Part shown: positions 8,631-18,991 of the stretch, piece by piece
Layout of the letters: every line of letters begins with the position of its first letter
Numbering within the stretch: the stretch's first letter is position 1
Source of the DNA: Salinispira sp.
GTDB taxonomy: Bacteria > Spirochaetota > Spirochaetia > DSM-27196 > Salinispiraceae
Direction of reading: 5' to 3'
Assembly (NCBI GenBank): GCA_965226555.1
Contig: CBDDDG010000005.1
Span: 1-45,057 of the forward strand
Length of the DNA: 45,057 nt
Made by a program: the position numbers and the translations under genes
The notes under the pieces: model-generated
What the model saw: the letters and a program-made list of their open reading frames with translations, nothing else
What the model was told of the DNA's origin: nothing
The model's database searches: none

Positions 8631-10671
8631 CTTTTTCAGCGACCTTGCCGCTTATCGGTTCATAATGGGAAAACTCAATTTCAAAGCCCCCTGTTCCGCT
8701 GGTTATGGAACGCAGATCAATGGAGTAGCGGAGAAGCTCCGCATGCGGAACTTCTGCATCAATTTCCATAATACCGCCGCCAAGGTCCTTCTGCGATTGT
8801 ACCTTTCCTCTTTTTGAATTGAGATCGCTGAACACATCGCCCATGTACTGCTCTTCAATAAACACACGCAGTTTTACAACCGGTTCAAGAAGCTGGGGTG
8901 CCGATTTTGTGAAAGCTTCCTTCAGCGCTCCTCGGGCAGCCAGCTTGAAAGCCATTTCGGAAGAATCGACGCTGTGCTCCTTACCGTCATAGACATCAGC
9001 TCCAATGTCGACAACCGGATACCCTGCCAATGGCCCCGACTGCATTGCCTCAAGCAAGCCCTTTTCTATGCCGGGCATATATCCCTTACTTATGGATCCT
9101 CCGCGAATAGTATTGCTAAAGGAAAAGCCTTCGCCGCGTTTTCGGGGGGCAAAGCGCATATTGACGCGGGCATATTGTCCATGTCCGCCGCTCTGCTTTT
9201 TATGGGTGTATTCTGTTTCTGCCGGTTTCGTAATGGTTTCGCGGTAGGCAACCCGAGGTACGGCAGTGGTAATGTCAATTTTTGCTGTGTTGCGGATTTT
9301 CTCAAGTGCCAGATTCAGATGGAGTTCGCCCATTCCGCTGAATACCGTTTCCTTTGTTTCTGCGTTGTAGGCGAGTGAGAGGGTTTTGTCTTCTTCCACA
9401 GCTTTTTGAAGCAGTTCACTGAGCTTGTCCTGATCCTTCTTGCTTTCGGTCGATATTGCCGCCGAATGAACCGGCTGGGGAAGCTGCAGCGCCTTATATA
9501 AGCATGTGCCATCTTCAATGCTGAAAGTATCGTTTGTATGGGCAGAGGAAATTTTGGTAAGAATACCAATATCGCCTGCGCAGATACCCGTGGTTTCTGT
9601 CAGCTCTTTTCCACGTGAAACATATATCCTACTCACACGCTCCTTTTTCTGCGCCCGCAGGTTATGCACTTCGTCATCTGGCGAAAGGCAGCCGCTCACT
9701 ACCTTAATAAAGCAGAGCTTTCCCGCATATTGATCAATACTAACCTTGAAACAAAACGCGCTGAATAAAGTATCTGAGGAAATAGAAACTAATTTTTCCT
9801 CGTTTTCTGCGTTTATACATACTTCTTCGCTGCCTGTCGGCGGAGGGGCTGCAATGTTCAGAAAGTCCAGCACTGCGGCAATTCCGCTGTTGAGAATTGA
9901 TGAACCGCAGAATACCGGCACGGCTATTCCCTTAACCATATCTTCAACAAGGCCGGTGAGCGCGTCATTAAGAGTAAGATCCATTTCTTCAAGATATTTT
10001 TCGGTAAGTTCATCATCTCCAAGAGCAGCGGCTTCAATCATTTTTTCATGATGTTCCCGGGCAGCGTCTTTTAAATTATCTGGAATTTCAGTAGCCTGAC
10101 TCTTTTTTCCCGCCCCCGGCGAGAGGTAGGCCTTCATGTGTATGAGGTCAACGACTCCCTTGTAATTATTGCCGGCGCCGATTGGCATGGTGAGCGGTAT
10201 AAATTGTGAATCGAATTTTTGTGTAAGGTCATCCAGAACCCGTTGAAAATCGGCGCGTTCCTTGTCCATCTTGTTAATAAAAACAATGCGGGGCTTTTTC
10301 CGCGCCTCAAGGCGGCGCCAAAGTTTTATGGTTTCAATTTGCACGCCAATTTCTCCGTCCACCATCATAATGGCAGATTCTGTTGTTCGAAAGGCGGAAA
10401 TAACTTCACCAACAAAATCGGCGGCGCCGGGAGTATCGAGAATGTTAATTTTATGATCCTTCCAGAAAATGTGTGAGAGTGATGTGTGCATGGACATGCC
10501 ATGACTTTTTTCTTCTTCAGAAAAATCGCTCACGGTTTTTCCAGATTCGACAGTTTCAGGATGTTTTATTTCTCCCCCATCGAAGAGCAGATTCTCAACA
10601 AAGGTGGTTTTTCCCGTACCGCCGTGTCCGACAATCGTAATGTTGCGTATGTCATTGGTTTTATAGTTCAT
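8593..10671 (-). CDS. fusA: Elongation factor G paralogue (EF-G2-like)
   Basis: GHGGTGKTT, DTPG, NKMD, GMGELHL, VAYRETI, KKQSGGHGQY, HSVDSSEMAF, LLEP; GAGGAG before ATG 10671. Confidence 0.9.
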   Translation of the reverse strand: MNYKTNDIRNITIVGHGGTGKTTFVENLLFDGGEIKHPETVESGKTVSDFSEEEKSHGMSMHTSLSHIFWKDHKINILDTPGAADFVGEVISAFRTTESAIMMVDGEIGVQIETIKLWRRLEARKKPRIVFINKMDKERADFQRVLDDLTQKFDSQFIPLTMPIGAGNNYKGVVDLIHMKAYLSPGAGKKSQATEIPDNLKDAAREHHEKMIEAAALGDDELTEKYLEEMDLTLNDALTGLVEDMVKGIAVPVFCGSSILNSGIAAVLDFLNIAAPPPTGSEEVCINAENEEKLVSISSDTLFSAFCFKVSIDQYAGKLCFIKVVSGCLSPDDEVHNLRAQKKERVSRIYVSRGKELTETTGICAGDIGILTKISSAHTNDTFSIEDGTCLYKALQLPQPVHSAAISTESKKDQDKLSELLQKAVEEDKTLSLAYNAETKETVFSGMGELHLNLALEKIRNTAKIDITTAVPRVAYRETITKPAETEYTHKKQSGGHGQYARVNMRFAPRKRGEGFSFSNTIRGGSISKGYMPGIEKGLLEAMQSGPLAGYPVVDIGADVYDGKEHSVDSSEMAFKLAARGALKEAFTKSAPQLLEPVVKLRVFIEEQYMGDVFSDLNSKRGKVQSQKDLGGGIMEIDAEVPHAELLRYSIDLRSITSGTGGFEIEFSHYEPISGKVAEKVIADARAHSRAH

Positions 10672-10696
10672 AATTGCGCTCCTCACAAAATTGATG

Positions 10697-10737
10697 GAAA
10701 GTTTTGCATAAAGCAAAATGCGGAACGCAAAACTTTC
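10697..10737. repeat. 41-bp palindromic mini-element
   Basis: GAAAGTTTTGC...GCAAAACTTTC, 11-bp perfect arms. Confidence 0.8.
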
Positions 10738-10829
10738 GTATATGTATCCGTACCATATTGTTCTCATTTGCCGACTTTGTCAAATTCCCTGCGCGTTTTA
10801 TGCGTGCGCCGACCGCGCAGCGGGCTGTT

Positions 10830-12815
10830 TTATGCGTGCGCCGACCGCGCATCGGCGCGTTCGACCATGCTTCGCTGCCAGCGTATCAGATATTTCTCAA
10901 GTTCCGGTTTGTTGCCCCGAACATCGGCTAAAACCCTGAATAGGGCCTCTGTTGCTGAGCCCCGCATCCACATGTAGGCCTGCGCATTTCCCCCTCCGTC
11001 TGAAAAAAGTATTTTCAAGCCTCCCCGCTGCGCTCCGCTGCGGTATTCAGGTCCGAAACCAATTTTTTCTGTTCCGCCTTCGGTGTTTATTTCGATCCAG
11101 CTTTCAATGCCCCAGCGCCGGGAGAGTTCGGCTCGGCGCTCCTGCCAATCTGTGAGAAAAATTTTTTCCCAGGCAGATTTCAGTTTCGCGTGCTCAGTGC
11201 TGCGGATGCGCATAATGGCGATATCATCATAGGCATTGGTAGTGATATAGGAGGGCAAGAGTTCCAAAACATCATCCAGAGTAAAATTGGGCTTATATTC
11301 CTTTCCCATGCGCTCGCAGGCTATGTGAAACAGCCCCTTGTTCTTATATTTCATGTTCTTCGGCGAAGGCCTGCAGGGAGGCCTGCCGGGAGGCCTGTCG
11401 GGACTGCCGATGTTTTGGAAAGCATAATCGTGGGAGGCATGGGAAGCGTCGCGGATGGTAAGAATTTTGAGAATGGATGAAATGCTATTGAGGGGATCAC
11501 GAACTGCGGCAGGGTGAATAATGCAGCCTCCGTTTGAACCTTCGCCCATAATGCGTACGACATACCCCTCTGCGCGAAGTTTGGCGGCAAGTCCGGTAAC
11601 ATTGGCTTCACCAACTTCGGAACGCAGGCAGGTAATGCCGAAGTTCCGGGTAATGTCATCAATGCGCATTGAGGTGGGGCCGTTAACGACCACTGCCGCC
11701 TGCGCGTTTGTAAGCTGGCCGCTGTATTCCAGCCAGGCAGATTCCGAAAGAACCGCGAGAGCAAACACGGTCTGAGCCTCAAGAATACGAGCATGTCCCC
11801 CTGAGTCAACATAAACAATATTTCCCCGGTCCCCATCGTTATCGGGAACATAGCCAAGCATGTAGGCGGGGTCGCGATTATGAAGTTTTTCAAGCTCCTC
11901 ACGGCAGAGATTGAGACTTTCGCCTTCAGGAACAATACGATGCACAATGCGGCGGGGCATATCGTTTATCATATGTACCCGGAGACCGAGACCCTCGAAA
12001 AAATTGCGGTCAATTGTCAGGCAGCGCGCGCTGCCGTTTAATTCACCGAGAAGGGCCATTGCCTGTTTTGTGAGTGAGGAGGCAATACGCTCCCGAATAA
12101 AAAATTGCCGAGCCGTATCGGAGCTATCCGCGAGAACCTCATCGCTGAACTGGCGGTAAGCCTCCAGCGCTTCATTCTTATAGCTTTCACATTCTCTGAA
12201 CACAGTTTCCATGCGGGAAGGGGCAGTGAGCAGGGAATGTACTCTGTTCTGACTTTTTTTGAGATGAGTAAAAAAGATTTTTTCCAATTCCCGAACCTGC
12301 TCCGCGTTCAGGACGGCGCCGGCATTGAGCCCAAATTTGAAACCGTTATGCCCTATGGGGTTATGCGATGCTGAAATATAGGCAAAGGCATCAACATCCT
12401 TACAACGGGCGCTGTAGGCCATTGTTTCCGGAGCGGCGGCAATGAAGAGGTAGCGCAGACGAATTCCCTGCTGAAGAAGAACCCGCATGAGGGAATTGGC
12501 AATGGGGGGGCCAGTCGGGCGTGAATCGCAGGCAGTAACAAGGCATATATCTGTCGGAGCTTTGCGCAGATAATTCGAGAGAAAATCGGCAAGCGCAATT
12601 CCGATAATTCCTGCTAACATACTATCGGCAGGCCGAATGTGTTCAGTGCGGTCTTCTTCGTTACCGCTTGCGGCAAAAATCTTTCTCCATCCTGATGCAG
12701 ATATGATCATGTTTTGCTGCGCCTGAATGATACTGTCTGAAGAAGGCTGATCCTTAAGAAAATCTGCTGTTGGGGGAGTATCGCCTATTTTCAATCCATG
12801 TGAAGGAAATGACAT
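10830..12815 (-). CDS. Phosphoglucomutase/phosphomannomutase-family enzyme
   Basis: SASHNP phospho-Ser, PDNDGDR metal loop, GEGSNGG, RGSATE. Confidence 0.88.
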   Translation of the reverse strand: MSFPSHGLKIGDTPPTADFLKDQPSSDSIIQAQQNMIISASGWRKIFAASGNEEDRTEHIRPADSMLAGIIGIALADFLSNYLRKAPTDICLVTACDSRPTGPPIANSLMRVLLQQGIRLRYLFIAAAPETMAYSARCKDVDAFAYISASHNPIGHNGFKFGLNAGAVLNAEQVRELEKIFFTHLKKSQNRVHSLLTAPSRMETVFRECESYKNEALEAYRQFSDEVLADSSDTARQFFIRERIASSLTKQAMALLGELNGSARCLTIDRNFFEGLGLRVHMINDMPRRIVHRIVPEGESLNLCREELEKLHNRDPAYMLGYVPDNDGDRGNIVYVDSGGHARILEAQTVFALAVLSESAWLEYSGQLTNAQAAVVVNGPTSMRIDDITRNFGITCLRSEVGEANVTGLAAKLRAEGYVVRIMGEGSNGGCIIHPAAVRDPLNSISSILKILTIRDASHASHDYAFQNIGSPDRPPGRPPCRPSPKNMKYKNKGLFHIACERMGKEYKPNFTLDDVLELLPSYITTNAYDDIAIMRIRSTEHAKLKSAWEKIFLTDWQERRAELSRRWGIESWIEINTEGGTEKIGFGPEYRSGAQRGGLKILFSDGGGNAQAYMWMRGSATEALFRVLADVRGNKPELEKYLIRWQRSMVERADARSAHA

Positions 12816-12840
12816 GTTGACTCCATGTAAAAAAATACTA

Positions 12841-12918
12841 TACAGTTTTGCATAGATAAAGTTTTGCATTTTGTAAAAATTTCTACTATAATAAAACATT
12901 GTTGAATGCAAAAGTTTC
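12841..12918. repeat. Cluster of palindromic mini-elements in a divergent intergenic region
   Basis: AAAGTTTTGCATTTTGTAAAAATTTC at 12858-12883 plus half-sites at 12844-12853 and 12906-12918; TACTA at 12836-12840 and 12884-12888. Confidence 0.75.
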
Positions 12919-13007
12919 TATTTCTATAACATTACTCATTATTACAATGTTTGCATATATACATATGTTGTTGCCGGTCGCTTTTAAGATCCAGAGGGAT
13001 TGGTCAT

Positions 13008-14261
13008 ATGAAAAAAGTATTAATCATTGATAATTTCCCATCGCTGCGGGAATTTCTCCGCCTGAAATTTATCAATTTCGAAATTGAGGTTATTGAATCC
13101 TCCAATGGCCTTGACGGGTATGCGAAATTTAACAAGTTTGAACCGGATCTCGTGATACTGGATTACTTTATCCCGCGCTTGTCGGCTGTGGATTTTCTCA
13201 AAAGAAAACAGGATAATCCAAATCTGAAAAACATTCCCGTATTAATTATCACCAGAAAAATTCACGAGCATACCATTATTGAGCTGCACAAGCTGGGGGT
13301 GCAAAAAATCATCACCAAACCGATCAGAATTGAGCTTCTTTCCCAGGCGCTGCAGAGGTTTCTCGGTATCACACTCACTATCGATCTCACTCCCTGTATT
13401 ATCGATGCGCATTATAATGATGAAGTTCTTTTTGTTGAAATTGCGCGGGGGCTGAATACCGACAAGATGGAGCTTCTCCGGTATCGCCTGCGTGAGCTTA
13501 TGAAGTTTTATCGGATTAACGATCCCAAGGTTATTATCCTTTTTACGGCAATTGAATTTTTTCATGATGATTTTGCCAAGTTCCGCTCTCTTATTCATTC
13601 CGTTCGAGATGCCACCGGCGTTTGTCAGGAGCACCTGAAGATACTTACCGGTTCCGATATCATACGTACCTTCATGCATAAGCTCGGCGGCAATTTCCAG
13701 CCTGCCATTCATGATAATCTTGCCGATATTATAAAGAGCCTCCTCGGTACACGTTCAGGCGGATATACAGCGGATGGAAAAATTCATGAAGATTTTCTTC
13801 GTCTTGAACGTTCCGCCGGAGACGAAGATGACAATTACAACCTGAGTCTTCGTGGAAAGCATTATCAGGATATTTTTTCAGAACATTTCACAAACAATTT
13901 CTCTCCTGCGCTGGTTGATGCCGATTCGCTTACCCATACTATTTTCCGGAAAACATTCATTGGCTCAGGCGGAACTATTAAAATATTCAATTCCGGCGCG
14001 GATTTCATGACATCATCAGACCTACAGGATTTTGATCTTCTGTTTCTGGCGCTTTCTCTTCCCGATGTTAATAGCATCAAAATACTGGAATATCTCACTC
14101 AACAAAACATTGACCTTCCGGTTATTGCGCTTGTTACTTCAATGGAACGGAATTTAGTTATTCAGGCGCTGCGGAAGGGCATAAAATGCTGTCTCCTCAA
14201 ACCAATTAATCCTGATATTATTATCAGGAAATCGCTTGAATTACTGCAGCTGAGTTTTTAA
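13008..14261 (+). CDS. Response regulator with N- and C-terminal receiver domains
   Basis: N-terminal KVLIIDN...PDLVILD...ITKP; C-terminal FDLLFLALSLP...LLKP; no DNA-binding domain recognised. Confidence 0.8.
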   Translation: MKKVLIIDNFPSLREFLRLKFINFEIEVIESSNGLDGYAKFNKFEPDLVILDYFIPRLSAVDFLKRKQDNPNLKNIPVLIITRKIHEHTIIELHKLGVQKIITKPIRIELLSQALQRFLGITLTIDLTPCIIDAHYNDEVLFVEIARGLNTDKMELLRYRLRELMKFYRINDPKVIILFTAIEFFHDDFAKFRSLIHSVRDATGVCQEHLKILTGSDIIRTFMHKLGGNFQPAIHDNLADIIKSLLGTRSGGYTADGKIHEDFLRLERSAGDEDDNYNLSLRGKHYQDIFSEHFTNNFSPALVDADSLTHTIFRKTFIGSGGTIKIFNSGADFMTSSDLQDFDLLFLALSLPDVNSIKILEYLTQQNIDLPVIALVTSMERNLVIQALRKGIKCCLLKPINPDIIIRKSLELLQLSF

Positions 14262-14310
14262 TTCGCAATACCCCTTGAGCATTCCAATTATCTCTGTAAT
14301 ACTGCACGGT

Positions 14311-17300
14311 ATGAAAAATTACAAAATTCTTGTCTGCGCAATGTTTATCGCAGTGCTTGCCGGATGCCCGCTACCGGGATCTGATCCGGTAGATCCTCCC
14401 CCTCCCCCAAAAACCGCACCGGGTGAAATAATTGTTCTAACCCTTGAAGAGGGGAATGGGCAACTCATTGCGACATGGGCTGCGCCAACTGATGACGGCG
14501 GTAGCGAAATTACCCGGTATGAGCTGCAATATCGCGAAGCTCATGCAGGCGAGTGGGAATCTGCCGCTGTAATTGCCAATGGCGATGCCGGCATTTTTAC
14601 CTACACCATTACAGAACTGACAAACGGCACCGAGTACGCTGTGCGGGTATACGCCGTGAATGCGAAGGGCAACGGTAACCCGTCGGAAATTCTCACGGCA
14701 ATTCCGGTTACCATACCTTCAGCGCCCAATGCGCCAACGCTCACCCACGGAAACAACCGGCTCACCGCGACATGGAACGCGCCGAACACCGGCGGAAGCG
14801 AAATTCTTCGGTATGAACTGCAATATCGCGAAGTTGCCGACCCGGAAGGAATGTGGCTGGATGTAACTACCGATTCCGAAATTACTACTACAAGCCACAC
14901 CATTATGGGACTGACAAACGGCAATAGCTACGAAGTACAGGTGCGCGCCGTGAACGCGCAGGGTAATAGCCCATGGTCGGGGAGTACTACAGCAACTCCC
15001 GATGTTACTCCCAACGCCCCTGCAGTTCCAACACTCACCGTTGGAAACACCCAGCTCACCGCGGCATGGAGCACTCCCGCCGACAACGGAAGCACGGCCA
15101 TTACCGGGTATGAGCTGCAATATCGCGCAGGCGACAGAGCATGGACCTTAATTGTCTCCGGCATCGGCACAAACACAAGCCACACCATCACCGGCCTGAC
15201 AAACGGCAACAGCTACGAAGTACAGGTGCGCGCCGTGAACGATCAGGGCAGTGGCCCATGGTCGAAGAGTGCCTCCGCAACCCCCGCTACCATTCCCAGC
15301 ACTCCCGATTCGCCCACGCTCACCGCCGGAAACACCCAGCTCGGCGTAGCATGGACTGCGCCGAACACCGGCGGCAGCGCCATTACCCGCTATGAGCTGC
15401 AGTATCTCAAAGGAAACAGTGGAGCATGGACGCTTATTAGCTCCGGCATCGGCACAAACACAAGCCACACCATTACCGGACTGACAAACGGAAACAGTTA
15501 CGAAGTACAGGTGCGCGCCATCAACGCACAGGGCACGGGCGAATGGTCGGGGAGCAGCACAGCAACCCCTGTTGCCGTTCCCATGGCGCCGACAGCGCCC
15601 ACGCTCGCCGTTGGGAACACCCAGCTCACTGTAGCATGGAGCGCGCCGACCGACACTGGAGGCAGCGCCATTACCCGGTATGAGCTGCAGTATCGCACAG
15701 GCGGCGGGGCATGGACGCTTATTAGCTCCGGCATCGGCACACGCACAAGCCACACCATCACCGGACTGACAAACGGCAACAGCTACGAAGTACAGGTGAG
15801 CGCCGTCAACGATCAGGGCAATAGCCCATGGTCGAGGAGCGCCGCCGCAACCCCCGCTACCATTCCCGGCGCTCCCGACTCTCCAACGCTTACAGAGGGG
15901 AACACCCAGCTCACTGTTGCATGGACTGCGCCGACCGACAACGGCGGCACGGACATTACTCGCTATGAGTTGCAGTATCGCAGAGGCAACGGAGCATGGA
16001 CGCTTATTAGCTCCGGCACAAACACAACCCACACCATTACCGGACTGACAAACGGCAATAGCTATAAAGTACAGGTACGCGCCGTCAACGCACAGGGCAC
16101 GGGCGAATGGTCACCCTCTGCATCGGCAACCCCTGTTGCCGTTCCCATGGCGCCGACAGCGCCCACGCTCACAGCCGGAAACACCCAGCTCACTGTAGCA
16201 TGGAGCGCGCCGACCGACACTGGAGGCAGCGCCATTACCGGGTATGAGCTGCAGTACCGCACAGGCGGCGAGGCATGGACGCCTATACTCTCCGGCATTG
16301 GCACAAAAACCAACCACACCATTACCGGACTCACAAACGGCAACAGTTACGAAGTACAGGTGCGCGCCGTCAACGCGCAGGGCGCAGGCGCATGGTCGGG
16401 GAGCGCAACAGCAATGCTGCCTATTATTGCGACACAGGTTCCCGCGGGAACAGCAGTGTCCGCAATTCTTTCGGCTGCCATTGATACCCGTATTGCCACT
16501 GAGAATTTGACTGTTTCTTTAACTACGGTTACTTCCCCGACATCAACAGTTACCCCGCCGACAGTTAATGCGGGTACTGGCATTATTACCGTTACCCCAC
16601 ATACAACGGCTGGAACATACCTCGTATCTGGCGAAGACAGCGGGGGAACTGAACAGTTTTCCGAACATTTTTATGTTACCGTGAGCCCAACAACTAACGG
16701 TAAACTGAAAACAGCGGTAACTTCGGGGATATCAAACTGGGGAAATACTGCCGATCTCAACTACATTATTACCACCTCGGTAACGGATATGTCTGGTGTT
16801 TTTGCAGGGACTTATTCAGAGCAAAGCAACTTCAATGGCGATATTTCGGACTGGGATGTTAGCTCGGTAACGGATATGTCCTGGATGTTCCATTACGCAG
16901 TCGCCTTCAATGGCGATATTTCGGACTGGGATGTTAGCTCGGTAGAGAATATGAACTATATGTTCAGGAGTGCAGACGCCTTCAATGGCGATATTTCGGA
17001 CTGGGATGTTAGCTCGGTAACGAATATGGGCGGGATGTTCTATGGAGCAACCGCATTCAATGGCGATATTTCGGACTGGGATGTTAGCTCGGTAACGGAT
17101 ATGGGCGGGATGTTCTATAGAGTATACGCTTTCAATGGCGATATTTTGGACTGGGATGTTAGCTCGGTAACGAATATGGGCGGGATGTTCTATATTGCAG
17201 TCGCCTTCAATGGCGATATTTCGGACTGGGATGTTAGCTCGGTAACGAGTATGAGCAATATGTTCTATAATGCACGAGCATTCAATGGCGATATTTCGGA

Positions 17301-17784
17301 CTGGGATGTCAGCTCGGTAACGTATATGTCTGGGATGTTCTATAATGCACGCGCATTCAATGGCGATATCTCAGGCTGGGATGTTAGCTCGGTAACGAAG
17401 ATGCATCGGATGTTCTGGAATGCAGAGGCCTTCAATGGCGATATTTCGGATTGGGATGTCAGCTCGGTAACGACTATGGAAGAGATGTTCTATGGAGCAA
17501 CCGCATTCAATGGCGATATCTCGGACTGGGATGTCAGCTCGGTAACGAATATGCGTAAGATGTTCAATAACGCAGACGCATTCAACCGCGACCTTTCGGA
17601 CTGGGATGTTAGCTCGGTAACGAAGATGAGCTATATGTTCTATAGCGCAAACGCATTCAGACAGAATCTTGAGGAGTGGAAAGATCATTGGACGCTCAAT
17701 AGCGCTGGTAAATATACCGGATACAAATATAATATGTTTTATGGTTCCGGCGTAACAGGTAATCTGCTGCCGTCATGGTATTAG
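14311..17784 (+). CDS. Surface lipoprotein with 7 fibronectin type III domains and 11 DUF285/BspA-like repeats
   Basis: Lipobox VLAGC; seven W-x-x-P...G-S/T-x-I-x-x-YELQY...LTNG-x-x-Y-x-V-x-V-x-A-x-N units; eleven FNGDISDWDVSSVTxMxxMFxxAxA-type repeats. Confidence 0.9.
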   Translation: MKNYKILVCAMFIAVLAGCPLPGSDPVDPPPPPKTAPGEIIVLTLEEGNGQLIATWAAPTDDGGSEITRYELQYREAHAGEWESAAVIANGDAGIFTYTITELTNGTEYAVRVYAVNAKGNGNPSEILTAIPVTIPSAPNAPTLTHGNNRLTATWNAPNTGGSEILRYELQYREVADPEGMWLDVTTDSEITTTSHTIMGLTNGNSYEVQVRAVNAQGNSPWSGSTTATPDVTPNAPAVPTLTVGNTQLTAAWSTPADNGSTAITGYELQYRAGDRAWTLIVSGIGTNTSHTITGLTNGNSYEVQVRAVNDQGSGPWSKSASATPATIPSTPDSPTLTAGNTQLGVAWTAPNTGGSAITRYELQYLKGNSGAWTLISSGIGTNTSHTITGLTNGNSYEVQVRAINAQGTGEWSGSSTATPVAVPMAPTAPTLAVGNTQLTVAWSAPTDTGGSAITRYELQYRTGGGAWTLISSGIGTRTSHTITGLTNGNSYEVQVSAVNDQGNSPWSRSAAATPATIPGAPDSPTLTEGNTQLTVAWTAPTDNGGTDITRYELQYRRGNGAWTLISSGTNTTHTITGLTNGNSYKVQVRAVNAQGTGEWSPSASATPVAVPMAPTAPTLTAGNTQLTVAWSAPTDTGGSAITGYELQYRTGGEAWTPILSGIGTKTNHTITGLTNGNSYEVQVRAVNAQGAGAWSGSATAMLPIIATQVPAGTAVSAILSAAIDTRIATENLTVSLTTVTSPTSTVTPPTVNAGTGIITVTPHTTAGTYLVSGEDSGGTEQFSEHFYVTVSPTTNGKLKTAVTSGISNWGNTADLNYIITTSVTDMSGVFAGTYSEQSNFNGDISDWDVSSVTDMSWMFHYAVAFNGDISDWDVSSVENMNYMFRSADAFNGDISDWDVSSVTNMGGMFYGATAFNGDISDWDVSSVTDMGGMFYRVYAFNGDILDWDVSSVTNMGGMFYIAVAFNGDISDWDVSSVTSMSNMFYNARAFNGDISDWDVSSVTYMSGMFYNARAFNGDISGWDVSSVTKMHRMFWNAEAFNGDISDWDVSSVTTMEEMFYGATAFNGDISDWDVSSVTNMRKMFNNADAFNRDLSDWDVSSVTKMSYMFYSANAFRQNLEEWKDHWTLNSAGKYTGYKYNMFYGSGVTGNLLPSWY
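16831..17655 (+). repeat. 11 x 75-bp in-frame tandem repeat (DUF285)
   Basis: TTCAATGGCGATATTTCGGACTGGGATGTTAGCTCGGTA recurs, with few changes, at exact 75-bp period from 16831 to 17581. Confidence 0.97.
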
Positions 17785-17856
17785 CCTACATCGTCTCACA
17801 AACTGTCCATTGGCAAGATTTTTGTGATTTTCGATATAGCAGGAAATTTTTTATAC

Positions 17857-17888
17857 GAGGAGGGGTCAGCTCAAAGGTTTATATCCCA
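17857..17888. mobile_element. Solo end of the same IS as 5119-5435
   Basis: GAGGAGGGGTCagctCAAAGGTTTATATCCCA versus GAGGAGGGGTCtgtcCAAAGGTTTATATCCCA at 5404-5435. Confidence 0.75.
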
Positions 17889-17958
17889 AGGATCAGATGA
17901 AGCTGTATTGACATTTTTATTAATTCATGTGAAAAAGTGTAAAAGAAATTAATTGTGA

Positions 17959-18981
<1,023 letters not shown>

Positions 18982-18991
18982 GAATTTACCT

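Noticed and set aside
16831..17655. CRISPR-like pattern of ~42-bp repeats and ~33-bp spacers
   Set aside because: Exact 75-bp in-frame period inside an ORF, spacers homologous to each other, no cas genes; it is a DUF285 protein repeat
14311..17784. Complete diversity-generating retroelement
   Set aside because: No reverse transcriptase, accessory gene or separate template repeat seen; a synonymous adenine in the framework is invariant
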